A DNA stretch of 64,000 nucleotides from Oopsacas minuta (taxonomy: Eukaryota > Animalia > Porifera). Every line of letters begins with the position of its first letter. The first letter of the stretch is position 1. A model generated the notes under the pieces. It saw only the letters and a list, made by a program, of their open reading frames with translations. It was not told where the DNA came from and ran no database searches. Below, in pieces: positions 50,333 through 62,399 of the stretch. The stretch spans positions 408,465 to 472,464 of the forward strand of contig JAKMXF010000296.1 of assembly GCA_024704765.1 (NCBI GenBank), given 5' to 3'. The position numbers and the translations under genes are program-made.

Positions 50333-51635
50333 CAGGGTGTCAATTAAGTTCTGGGACATAAAGTATATCACTGGTATACCAGCCAGTTATTATCGAACCA
50401 TATTTTGAAATGTTGCTTAATGTTTGCGTAGGTTATGTTGTTGAATATAAACTTATTATCCAAATTCTCATGTAAACTTCAGAATCCCGGCCCATGCCGG
50501 CAATTCGATCAAGAATTATTGAATTATTTATAGCTGGTAAGTCTTAGAAAGAAATTTTACGCGACCTGAAGAATGAATTAGTAAATCGGCAACTGGTTTA
50601 TCGTACCATCAAACGATATAAGGAAACTGGTTCTGTGCTAGACCGCCCAAGAAGTGGACGTCAGACATCAGTTTCCACCCCGCAACTCAAGAAAAAGATA
50701 ACGAGTCGGAATACTCGAAAACGGCGGTGGTCTATAGGAAAATTGGCTCGGGATTTTTCAATTAGTCACGAATCGGTTAGAAAAGTGGTACGTAATACCT
50801 AGGACTAAAGTCTTTGAAACGGCAAACAGTACACCATCTAACTCCAGCTCTAAGGCAGAAAGATTTCAAAGATCGAAAAAACTTCTAGCCCAGCTCGCAA
50901 TAGGTGCGCGAATAACACACTATTTTCAAACGAGAAAAATTTGACAGTTGAGGAGGCACATAACTGCCAAAATGATCGTATCCTCGCTTCATCATCTAAA
51001 AGCATCAATGATGAAGAAAAGTTCGTTGATGGGTGCAAAAACCCAAATATTTGATGGTATGGGCTGGTGTGCCCGCCAACTGTCGGACGTATCTAATTTT
51101 TGTCCCCAAGGGGGTAAAGATTGACTCAAAAACATAGATAGAGCTGGTCTTGGAGTCAGAAGTGAAAAATGCCAGATTAAACTTATTCAAAAACGAGGAC
51201 TGGATCTTCCAGCAGGATTCTGCCCCTGTCCACGCCTCAAAAGCCACTCAATCGTGATTATGGGCAGAAAATATTGAATATATTTCAAAGGAAGAGTGGC
51301 CACCCTCAAGTTAGATCTTAACCCACTTGACTATTCTATATGGGGACACTACAAACAAGGGCCTGCGCAAAGCCCCATAAGAGCTTAAATCTCTATGCAA
51401 CGACCTCATTCGGAATTGGAAGAAATGCCTCAAGAGGTGCTGCGAGATTCTATACACCAGTTTAAGGGACGACTTAGGGCCGTAGTTATGAGAAAGGTGG
51501 CTATATAGGATAATCAATGTTGTAAATTTATCATGACTAATGAGTAAGTAGATTTCGAAATTATTAGCCTAATCGCGCAACTACTTTAGAAGTTATGCCA
51601 ATTTTACTATGTACCAGAACTTAATTGGCACCCAG
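50333..51635 (+). mobile_element. maT/DD37D Tc1-mariner element, degraded
   Basis: TIRs cagggtgtcaattaagttctgg and (reverse complement) ctgggtgccaattaagttctgg; flanks CA and TA. DRPRSGR, F.NEK.LTVE and FQQDSAPVH...WPPSS(P)DLNPLDY, with 37 residues between D2 and D3 after repairing one indel. Confidence 0.88.
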
Positions 51636-52009
51636 TAGTTTGGTTTCACTAAGGATACAGGAATTTAGTGTATCTAACTTATGGGATATCCTTGGGACGA
51701 AATTCCGTTTACCGATTGAATTGATTTCTAAAATTTCATTGAAACTCTGTTTTAAGATTCCCCCACGCATGCAACAATATTTATGTGCAATATTTTTGCA
51801 TGCAACGATCAATACGCACAATGCAACAATTTTGTGTGCACCATCCCATAATACACGGTACAACATAGTTACATTGTGTATAGTGGGCTTTACATTAATC
51901 AAACGATAAAGAATCGCTGGAGATTATTAGAAGATGTGATACCCGAGGAAGAGAACTAACAACCGTTTCCATTTCAAGTTCTAGTTACTAAATAATCTCT
52001 TGATATGTA

Positions 52010-53363
52010 CAGTGCGTTCGGAAATTATTGGCAGTGAATTTGATTTGGTTCCATTCAATATCTATGTTAAGAATGATCAAAATCATATGATTTCTAATAA
52101 TTCGGTACTCTCTCAAATAGAATATACATGAGTAACTAACATATAGCTAATAATTTATCTTCTTACCTCCACCTTTGATGCATAACCGAATTCTTTTGTC
52201 CATTGATAGACAAAATGGCTTTAAAAATTCAGGGTCAAATGTGTTCCATATCTCCAAAATAGCTTCTTTCAACTCATTTGAGCTAGTAAATCCCTTTTTG
52301 AGGAGTCTCTTCTTTAGTACAGCCCAAACATTTTCAATTGGGTTCAGATCGGGGCTATTGGAGGGCCAGTCGATCTGATGTGGGACAAATTCCTGTTTCC
52401 AAGCCTCTGCTGCATTTCCTGTATGTATAGGACTGTTATCTTCCTGCAATACCCATTGATTTCCGTATAAAGCATTAGCTTCTTGTATAAGACACTCATT
52501 TAGAACTGTTTTGTATCGTTCCTGGTTGAAGTTTTCGGTGAAAACTTTGAGGTTTGTTTTGCCCATTACCGAAATACCACCCCAAATATGGAGCTTCGAT
52601 GGATGTTTGAAAGTTGGCAGGTTAATGGGCTGTCCTTTCTTTGTCCATACATGTATCTTGCCTGAATTCATCCATATAGAGCATTCATGAGTAAAGAACA
52701 CTTTAGACCAGTTCTGACTCCTCATTCGTTTAGTAATATGGAGTTGTGACAAGGCTGGAATTCTTACTGCCTGGCGATATTGTAAGCCTCTCCTCTTCAT
52801 TTCCTCTGATAGTGTGCTTTTGGCAACTGGAGTACTCAATTTTGCTCGACATTCATTCAGAGTGATCCTTGGATTGTGTTGAACGAGTGCCATAATCCTA
52901 TTCCTATCAGACTTGTGCAATATTTGAGGTCGACCTGCTCCTTTCTTATGAGTCAAGCTCTTTTTGTCAGAAATAGACTCCAAAACACGATATACTGTCC
53001 GCTCTGGTATAGCTAGTCGTCTTGATATTTCAGTCGCTTTTGTTATCCCAGCATCAAAGAGTTCCTTTATTCTGATTCTATTCTTTTCCTGAGCCTTCAT
53101 ACCAAAATTGTGGAAAAATATTGTTAGTGAAAGTCGGAAAATATGGGTCTAAAATGGCGAACAAAAATAATAAGCACATATTTAATGTCAAAGATCATTT
53201 GGGATAGATAAGGCAGAAAATTAGAATGTCAGTGGATCTATACATTATATTTCGAGTATATTATATGTTGCTATAACTTAGACGTCGTAAATAAGGTTGT
53301 TTTAGAATATTTATAAAGGATAATGAAAATAGTATTTACTGCCAATAATTTCCGAACGCACTG
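52010..53363 (-). mobile_element. Tc1 (DD34E) element, structurally complete
   Basis: Perfect 26-bp TIR cagtgcgttcggaaattattggcagt with TA on both sides. Confidence 0.97.
52147..53100 (-). CDS. Tc1 transposase, open 317-aa ORF, first catalytic Asp replaced by His
   Basis: HTH, GAGRP, VFFTHECSI (normally SDE/TDE), and LQEDNSPIH...WPSNSPDLNPIE (34 residues between D2 and E). Confidence 0.92.
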   Translation of the reverse strand: MKAQEKNRIRIKELFDAGITKATEISRRLAIPERTVYRVLESISDKKSLTHKKGAGRPQILHKSDRNRIMALVQHNPRITLNECRAKLSTPVAKSTLSEEMKRRGLQYRQAVRIPALSQLHITKRMRSQNWSKVFFTHECSIWMNSGKIHVWTKKGQPINLPTFKHPSKLHIWGGISVMGKTNLKVFTENFNQERYKTVLNECLIQEANALYGNQWVLQEDNSPIHTGNAAEAWKQEFVPHQIDWPSNSPDLNPIENVWAVLKKRLLKKGFTSSNELKEAILEIWNTFDPEFLKPFCLSMDKRIRLCIKGGGKKINY

Positions 53364-53499
53364 TAGTTAATTAACTGAAAATCATTATTGCAGCTTGTAT
53401 GTTTACTAAATATGTCTATTTACTTGGAGATGTAAGGGATTGATTAATAGGTAACACAAATTACTTAGACATTGGAATGTAATTAGGTATGTTGTAGTA

Positions 53500-54831
53500 C
53501 AGGGTGTCCCAAAAATCTTTTCCTCTTATGAATACCACTATAATATAGAATTTCTTAGATAGATTCATCTAATTATTTGCCTATATATTCACCATTAAGT
53601 TATCTACATGAATTAATTCGACTTGGCATCCCATCAACTAAATTCTCAAGTATCGACGGGCTAATCCCATTCCATATATTTTCCAAATATATCCTGAGCT
53701 GTGTTAAATTTGTAGGGGTCTTTCTCTTGTCCATATCTGCTTGCATAATAGACCAAAGATTTTCGAAGGGATTTAAATCTGAGGAGTTACTAGGCCAAAC
53801 ACCTTTCTCCCAAAAGCCAGGTAGATGCTCTGAAAGCCATTTCTGGCTCCTTATGGCAGTATGGGCAGGGGCGCCATCCTGCATGAAAAATCTTTCGACA
53901 CATTTTCCTTTGGGTAAGTGGGGCTCTAGTCTTTCTACGCTTAAAGGTAGGGAGACAACAGTTCTCCAGGATTTCATTAATATGGTAGTCAGTATTCACT
54001 GAGTGTTTTGGGGGATGAAGTGTAGTTCTGATAGCCCTGACCGGCTCATCATTCCCCAGAGCATCAGTTTCTGGGGGTTTTTTGACTGATTCAACTGGGG
54101 TAATGTTGTGCGGATTGATGTCCCAAACACGATCATTCTGCCTATTAGTGGGATGGAAAAGCTCAAAAGGGCCTTCATCACTAAAAAGAACTCTTTCCCA
54201 ATAACGAACAATCCATGTTTTGCGTTCCTGACAAAATTCTAGCCTCTATACCTTTTGTTTTTCAGTCAATTTCGGGTATGAGGGTATTTTATAGGCTTTC
54301 GCTTCGATTTTGTCGCGTAAATAACGGTGAATTGTGTCTTTACTAAAGGTCACGGACTTAGACGAGAGATATTTCGCAAGATTTCGGGTTTAATTGTAGT
54401 GTTTCCCGATTGATTTTCAAATTATAATTTTCGGAATCCGGGAAAGCTTCGTCGGACGTCCAGACCGGGGCTTGTCATCAAGTAATTATTCAGCTCTATG
54501 CCTTTTACACCAGTTCCGAACTGTCCGAATTGTGACTCCAAGAGTATTGGCGACTGTTTTCTGTGTGAACCCGCTTCAATCATGCTAATCGCTCGCTCAC
54601 AAAAAGCCAATCTCTGTTTCATGACATCCATGGATGAAATTTTTGAGGGTTGAGAAAAAATATCGAAAATATAAACAGATTATCAAATAAGGAAATGAAG
54701 TATTCATTATAGTATTGGACTACTATAGACTAATAATAATCTGAAAAATGGTCGGTTAGTAAACAATACTGTTCGATTTATAACGACTTCAATCGAAGTA
54801 CTGAAGAAGAAACAATTTTTGAGACACCCTG
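53500..54831 (-). mobile_element. Tc1-like DD37E element, degraded; same group as 8296-9636
   Basis: TIRs cagggtgtcccaaaaat and atttttgagacaccctg; flanks TA and GA. FMQDGAPAH...WPSNSSDLNPFE, with 37 residues between D2 and E. Confidence 0.9.
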
Positions 54832-54890
54832 GATTGTATGCACACTACTATGCTATTTGCAACACTATTATTGTAATATATTTCAGCCTC

Positions 54891-57800
54891 CAGGGTATCA
54901 AATTTTCGTAACCCAATCCATATAAGGTTACGAAGGTTATAACCAGTTATAACTAGTTATAAATATAATCATCTGGTTATAACCGACTACATATCTAAAT
55001 TAGATATAAATTATGTTAAGTCGGTTATAACCAGATAATTATATTAGAACTAGTTATAACTGCTTAGTACTAGTTACGTACAAAGTTATAGCCAGTTGTA
55101 ACATATTGTAACTAGTTATAACCAGTCATATTAGATTTTTAGTAAAGTTAAAACTGGGTACAGTTGGTTATCCTTATCAACGTCACTGAATGTTAGTAAA
55201 ATAATTATACACATGATGTATACACATATTGTAATTTGTAAATAAGAGATAAGAGAGTACTCTTACATAGCTATGTAGAGTGCTAATTAGTAGATAAGGG
55301 TTAATACAACAAGTAGTAATAGTCACTAGAATTATGGAAAGATACATTCCATAATTTAACTAAAAAAATATGTGCTTTCTTCGAACGCCTACTCATCTTG
55401 TTCACAGGGAAATTCCTTTGGATCACTAACATTTGGATAAATCCCGTTCCAAAACCCAGGCAGTCTCCAAATTGCGCTTATGGTTGCGAAGAGTTCTGGC
55501 ACATGGTAAAGGAAGCCAACAAATATCGTTAATGTCACTCAGTAGCACAACATCATCCAAACTACTCACTTCAATTTCTTCTGATTCTTTTGATAGTAGA
55601 TCAATTAAGTCTTCTTCATCTTCATGTTGAATCGATTTCGAAGCTAAAGAAATTGCTAGTTTCTCTGAGGACTGCGTATTCGCTGACTTTTCTCCCCAGA
55701 TTTGTTCTGAGCCTGCCGGATTATAAACTCAGACACAATTCTATCTGAAGACATGTTTGCACGAGTTGATGAGGATAACAGTTTAATTATTGAAAAGGCT
55801 GATTCGAGACGCGAGCTAGTACCAGGAGCTAGGAAGCAACGTATTGCAACACAGGCTAGAGCAAAATATGAGCGAATGTCCTTATTAGGATGGCATTGAC
55901 ACCAATGTCTGACTTTATCCCAGTAAAAAGTATTGGTAATTCCTGGTATTTGTCGGAATGCGGGGTGCTGGTTATCATGCGAAAAACTTGAACACAATAG
56001 GTTTCCAGGACAACATACATCTGTTCTTCCATTTGTTCCTGTACGCTAATACCAATATATAGTAGAACAACTTTTCATGACTCCAGAATTTTTTTTCCCA
56101 TTCTTTCAAGAAACCACTGCTACAAGTGAGTAGAAATCCACGATATCTTGGTGAGAACAAGTATGCAACCTAGCAAATTGGCATAGTAGACAGAAATTCT
56201 TGCATACGAGTTTGTAAAACCTTCCTAATTGTTGAATAAACTGAAGGAATACCCTGAGCTCGAGCTTCATTTTCCATTTGTACGCACATTGACCAAAATA
56301 CCACAACTGGTCTGCAGGGTTCATGCTCCTCGCTTGTAGTAGAGACTGAGTAATAGACAACAGGTAATAGAATATAGACTCTAGTTGGCTTAAACCTGAC
56401 CAGTAACCGAGGGACTGGCCAACTTCGTTTATTATAGAAACAACATCAGCGGGAACTCCTAATTTCAATTCATCCCTCCGTCTGATTATACTCACTAAAG
56501 AGTCACGATGACCTTTGACACTCGTTAAGCAATAATATAGTGAGCTCCAACGAGTTTCGCAATATCTTTGTAAAACCAGTGCATCACTTGCAGCCTTAAG
56601 TTCTTGACTTGATCTTGTTGAGTATCTAGAGTAACTAACAATTCGAGTTGTAGAAAGTACTATGTGATGCACCCAATCTGATTTCTTGTATATTGTAGTC
56701 GGTACAAGGTTGCATAGGTGTGCTATACACCTACAGTTAAATAGTGCCCCAACTTCAGTGTCCTCACAAAGGAGTGTCAATGCACCCTGACAGATGCTTC
56801 ACCATCAGCCACGATTCCTATTATTTTTGGCACTTCAGTTGTTAAAGCTCTCTCATGTAAATCTGATTTCAGTTTCAATATAGCACTCTTAAGAAACGCA
56901 TAAATCTCTGGAGCACCATGCTTCTGCTGCTTAAACGCTGTCTGATCATAAAGTAACAAAATTTGTTCTTCTGAATCCAACTTATGACCAGTAATTAATA
57001 AACAAAATAGCGAATTGCGAGCCATTGTTGTCCATCCATTGCATTCATATGTGATATAAGGACATTTTGCGATAGCAAATAGTAAACTTTCACGAGCTTC
57101 AGTGCTAAACTGAGGAAGTGTAGTTTGTTCTAGACTGGATGATGAAACATTTCGAGTAAACGGCGAAATCTTTCTTACTAGTTTATTGAACCAAAAATTC
57201 TCTGCAAATCGCGTAGATATACCAATTGACACTCCAAAGTGAACAAGCAGCTTACGAATAGTAAGAACCTTGAGATCTCCAGGAACAGCGAAAGGATAAG
57301 AGCTTCGATGCTTATCCTTAGATAGCTTACTAATATCTAATATCAGAAATTCTTTGTGGCGAATAGCACCTACGTCGTAAAGATGAGAGCTTCAGGTTTT
57401 CCGAGAACGGAGTACTGACTAAAAGAGGTGTCTCGATTTCTTTGGAATCACATTTGATTCCAAAGAACTTTTTTTCATGAACTGGAGACAAAGTAATAGC
57501 TGATGAGCAAACATCTGGAAGAGCTTCGCTATAGAATTGTGATTCTTCTGAATCTGTATGGGTACTGGAAGTAACCAAGTCTCTTTCGAGTAAACCATGT
57601 GCTAACTTTGATGTGCCTTTAGGTAGTTGTAGATTGCCGTTGATATACCATTCTTTCAATTCGTCAAATAATGTTTTATGTTCCGCTGAGAATGCTTCTA
57701 GTCTGGAGCAACTAGATGTACCTACCCCAAAGAAATGTAGATTCATAAGGTTCAGCTTGGACATCATCAGATCTGAGCTACAATAAAGACATTGAAGCCA

Positions 57801-58480
57801 ATAGGAGTTACCGATTTTTGGTCCAACGGGTAATAAAAAAGAGTATAGAGGACTTGAAAAAGTTCGTGCTGGAGGCCATGTTATTCTGTTAACTGAAGCT
57901 TCTTCCCTCAGCAAATCATAGTTCACACGACCATTGGCAATCTTAGAAAGGGGGCACGAATTTGGTTTCCACGTTCGGGGTCCCCGGTTCTGGGGAACGT
58001 TAGAATGAGGCATCCTTGTTAGAGACTTTGACAGGAGCTTTTTCTTCTTTAGTCCTCCAGCATCATGTGTTGTCATGTGAGTCCAGTAGTAAAACAGAAA
58101 AGGCTAAAATCAATTAAAATCTAACCAAAAAAGCTAATTTGATAGGCAGTCGAGCATTATCAGTCAGGTAAAATTGATTGGGAGGAAATAATGAAAAATC
58201 GAGTAGAAAGAGGTATAAATGTAATTGTAGTTAATGTTCAATTAGACTAGTATCAATGAACACAAACACAAACATGATGTAGAAATTAAGGTTGATCAAT
58301 ATAGCTATTGAGTGTGTGAACTTACGAGGGCCAATAAAAAGTAAATTACTAGTAGGTAATTATTTCGCAATAACATGGAATAAATACGATAGAATAAATG
58401 AAATTTTTCATAACTGGTTATAACTGGTTATAACCAGTTACGTACAAAGTTATAACAGTAAGAAAAGGTTATAACTTAGA
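54891..58480 (-). mobile_element. Divergent hAT element (DUF659-like core, N-terminal BED-like finger), degraded; one TIR missing
   Basis: Transposase pieces 55430-58076: WLQCLYC, ITYECNGWT, GIVADGEASV, CIAHLCNLV, CETRWSS, GTSSRLESAFS. Dense ggttataacc/agttataact subterminal repeats at 54925-55170 and 58410-58480. Candidate terminus cagggtatcaaa at 54891. Confidence 0.75.
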
Positions 58481-58484
58481 AGCC

Positions 58485-58670
58485 GATATATTTGGCTTTA
58501 ATGAAGTTGCAATTTTCCCATAGACTTTGGCTTGTAAGCTAGAATTTCTGTAACTTTTTTGTTTTTTAACCTATTTTATAAATCTCTAGTTCAGTCTTCA
58601 TCCCTCAACATGCTCTATAACGGCTCATATAGCGATTTTACCATGCAAAACTTTGAGGGTGTAACATTCT
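58485..58670 (+). repeat. Isolated 5'-end fragment of the mariner at 34750-35996
   Basis: atatatttggctttaatgaagttgcaattttcccatagactttggc...gatttt is the reverse complement of about 35806-35996. Confidence 0.75.
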
Positions 58671-59548
58671 ATAATTGTACCGAGTGAATTGCTCAACAGT
58701 ATTAAATAGGTAATCGATAGGACAATTAGGATATATTATGCATCTCATGTAATCGAGTAGAGTTTGGCTGCTATAAACTAAGGACAAGCACTTTTGGATC
58801 GCCTCAATTAATTTTTTGCCCCAAAATATATAGAAATCTATGAACGCATTGTTCCAACATTAATAACTTACTTTGACAGATGCTGGAACTATAACAATGC
58901 GAGAAAATACTACATGATTTGTTTCTAACTTCCAACCTAACTTAGTTGATATAAGCACAAACAAACGGTCAAAATTGGTCCACCTTAGCCGGAGTAATAC
59001 AAATTGCACAACCATTGAAGATAACAGAATATATGCAAATATATGTTCGTCTTCTCCCGGTATTACTGGGTTCGAATTAATGAGGTGCCCCTAAATACAT
59101 CTGTTCAAACTTTATCTGACATTTCAAGGCCAATGGGGTGGCTTTTGATGTGTGACAGTGCCATTCATTATGTATGTAGAAAAAAGGTGAAAATGTGTAA
59201 ACAGAGTGGAGTAGATCCAAATTTAGGGATTTCCATAAAGCAACATATTTGCCAACCTGTGTGAAGAAAAAAGCGAGACAGAAGGGACTAATATAGCGGG
59301 ACATTCGTGTTTGGAATTGTGATATCAGGATTAGTTAGTGTAGCCATTCCACAACAAAAAGTAATTCTTATTGGCGAAAATACTATATTCTTAAATATAA
59401 ATCGAAACATCTTAGAAGATAAAGGTTCAAATGCTCAATAGCATAGATCAGATGTTGCACAAACTTATCGTAACTACGACGAAACAACTATTAGATAAAA
59501 TTATTTATACATAAATGAGTATTTTTCTAAGAATATTCGTAAAGAATG

Positions 59549-60791
59549 CTAATAGACAAAAGGAAAAATCCTATACGGAACTACTTTACAGTAAGTGTCC
59601 AAATCCTTCTTATACTTCTTTTGGCACATAGACGAATCTCTTAACTCCCTATGGATCAAGAATATCGAGAAATATAATATATAGAAATAGGGGAGTGCAT
59701 GAGAAAATCCGCAAGTTAAGCACCATGCAAGCCCCATCATGAGGTCACCTAAATAATTAGGGTGTTTGCACATGCCCCATAGACCAGATACAATAAGCTT
59801 TTGTACCTCGTGCAGTAGAAATTGTAATGATATCTGCATATTCAGGGGATTTTGGATTTAGCCTGTAACCGCATTTAACAGAATTCGAAACACGAAAGAT
59901 ATAATATCCTCCAATCCATAGAGCAAATATAATGGCAAGCATTGTTGTTGATAATTCAATTGGATTGAATGCGAGAAAGCGTGTGTGCATTGAAAAACGA
60001 TAGGCATCCAGCTAATATCACCTAAAGCCAGCATATAGCCAAATCCATCGGTAGTTATATCCATTATTGACAAAACAGAATCTTCATATACAAATCCATC
60101 CAAACAATATACAAAATGGAAGAATAATTCGAGTAGCATTGATGGAGTGACATACCCAAATGTTTGATAATGATACAACAAACATGAATAGTTTATAAAG
60201 ATCCATCCTATCAAGCTAGGGCGTAATTCAAAGAAAAATTTCAAATCTAGCTCGCCTATTTTCGGATTGAGTTCACGCCCAATAAAAAAGTCATATAACA
60301 TATTTCCTGAGTCTCCGCCTTCAGCTAATAGTAATCCTTCTCTAAAAGAATTAACGTACAAGTAGACACTAAGTCCAAGCGAAAAAATGATGGATACTAT
60401 CGCGAATTCAAAATAATAGTTGAATAGATGTCAATTTTGAGGATGTAGAAAAAGAGTAATAATATATGGCTCACGATGAATGCGGAAAGTCCGTTGATGT
60501 TATATATCAATCTTTTTCCATTTGACAACAGGGACCAGGCACTCTCCGCCCCAATGGAAGTAAGTAGAGAATCGCTTGGAAGATTATCCATGCTGAGAGA
60601 ATGAGGATGCAAGAGAAGATAGCTTTTGCATCAAGATTGTATAATTCAATTGGTGGGATTTCCAGAATGCAAAAATTGAATTTATCAGCAAAAGCAAGAT
60701 ACAAGATAACTATAGGTAGGACAATTGTAAGGAATCCTGCACCAATCGGCCCTCCAAAATTGTCAGCTGGTCTTTTCTTTTCTTCCGCCAT
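59549..60791 (-). CDS. TM7SF2: Delta14-sterol reductase (TM7SF2/LBR/ERG24 family), intronless, four frameshifts (assembly error or recent pseudogene)
   Basis: [69 protein letters not shown]...[14 protein letters not shown]. No LBR Tudor N-terminus. Repairing +1/+1/+1/-1 gives 1245 nt, or 414 aa. The symbol reflects best family resemblance, not proven orthology. Confidence 0.9.
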
Positions 60792-60943
60792 CTGCAATAT
60801 ATGTTTGTTGATCTTATCTAGTGTTGAAAATTTTAAAAGTCACATAATACGTTTCAAAATATGTTAGTTATACGTACGTATAAAGGTCTTTAAAAGGTTA
60901 ATTGAAATGCTTATAACAAGTATACCACAACCTTTAAAAATTT

Positions 60944-61162
60944 CTAATTGGAAAGTAATAAATATACTGCTGCTGCTGAACAACCAAGAGATACCCATCC
61001 ACTAAGCCTTCGTCCTATAACAGTAAGTTTATATAACTTCTGGATGATGCCTTTGGATTGCTTTGGAATCAGGCTTGGAGATAAGTGTTGCACATACGTA
61101 CACATACAAATAATCAATAACAATATTACAATGAGGCTTTCAAAATGAAACAAGGCAGACAT
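60944..61162 (-). CDS. TMEM167A: Protein kish-A (Ksh1/TMEM167A-like), 72 aa, single-exon CDS
   Basis: MSALFHFESLIVILLLIICMCTYV...KLTVIGRRLSGWVSLGC; intact ATG and TAG; length matches kish-A. Confidence 0.93.
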   Translation of the reverse strand: MSALFHFESLIVILLLIICMCTYVQHLSPSLIPKQSKGIIQKLYKLTVIGRRLSGWVSLGCSAAAVYLLLSN

Positions 61163-61292
61163 CAGTATTACATATAATCAAAATGCTCATAAGAGAGAAA
61201 ATGAGTGTCTAGCTATGCAAAGAGAGAAGACAGTAAAAAAGTGAAAAAAGAATTCGTTTAGGGTTCAATGTTAAAACTGGATAGTATCCTCA

Positions 61293-62130
61293 ATGGAGGA
61301 CAGACACGACGACACTGCTAGGTAAGTTCTCTGAGATTCATTCGTGTGATAACTATGGTTAAGCAAGGTAGGTATCCTCTTACTTTTTCTTGCTGGAAAG
61401 CAGTAGCGTACGTATATTATAATGGCAGCTCAACCCCATGGATAATTACTTTACGCTAGCTAATGAAATATAATGGAAGCCTAAGATACGCCGATACATA
61501 CTTAATTGCTAACAAAATACGTATATACAGAGTTTATCAATAAAGGTAAGTGATAAAACAACGATGTTATATATAAATCCTCCCACGCTTACAGTTTCAC
61601 ACCATAGGTGAGTTATCAATCATATAGATATGTATTTCAAAAGAGTAATCTATTAAGATGAATAAAGTATTGTAATTAACGATCATACAGACTTACATAC
61701 ACACATAAAGAAGTTGAGAATATACAAAATCTCAAGGAGAGCAGGTGGGGTAACTACATGGACATAATTTACTTTAATTATGAACACACACAATAAACAA
61801 ACCCTAACTATTTGCATATCGTTGTCAAGTTATTAAAACAAATTGAGATGCTGAAGAGACTTATAACGCTTAATATCCTCAACAAAAGGTTTGTCTTTTA
61901 TAAACAGACGAATCATTTCAAGAGATACTTCGAGCTGATCCATTGACACTCAGATGGTACATTTGTTATGTGGACTATAAAATAGAGGGACAATTAAGGA
62001 TTTGGCAAGTTATGGCGGGACATTAGCCTCATTGACAGTTAACAGATACCCGGGTAGAGAAATCGGGATGTCCAGTCAACAAACGAAACAGTTGGCAAGT
62101 ATGGTAACGTTTGATTGAGTGAATACAGCG
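61293..62130 (+). other. Possible divergently transcribed spliced gene with short exons and introns (product unknown)
   Basis: Strong donors at ag|gtaagt (61322), ag|gtaagt (61546) and ag|gtgagt (61608), with matching acag| acceptors (61530, 61594, 61690). Open segments: RLTYTHKEVENIQNLKES, DESFQEILRADPLTLR, GTIKDLASYGGTLASLTVNRYPGREIG. I could not build one consistent frame. Confidence 0.35.
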
Positions 62131-62399
62131 AATGCAATTTAGTTGAAACCAAAATATTCAATGCATTGTTGCATTGTATATTTTAGTGTTGCTGAAAGAA
62201 TTATCTGATAACAAGCTTTCAATTAAAGTACAAGAATTATATGTAATGAAATACACTAAATAGCAAACAAATGAACATGAAATTATAGAATAACAATCGG
62301 GTATCACCTCAATATCAAGCATCAACAGTATGAGCTTTTCTATGGTAGTTGTAATGCATAAATCAGTACAATTTGACTATAGTGAGTAATACAATTTTC

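Larger units (their letters stand above)
41647..51714 (-). mobile_element. MULE element (about 1.85 kb when insertions are removed) hosting four nested insertions
   Basis: Perfect 9-bp TSD attgaattg (41638-46 and 51715-23). Termini share (a/g)aattt(g/c)gtccc. Transposase pieces: FLYWCH 49856-50137, MULE core 46250-46960 (YADGTFKVVP..FFQLYT..MTDFEKA..GCFFH), and C-terminus about 41810-42115 (PRTNN..GWHN). Confidence 0.88.

Noticed and set aside
51755-51895. Possible relative of the 27046-27120 MITE
   Set aside because: Only the right end (gtatagtgggcttta) resembles it; the left end is too degenerate.
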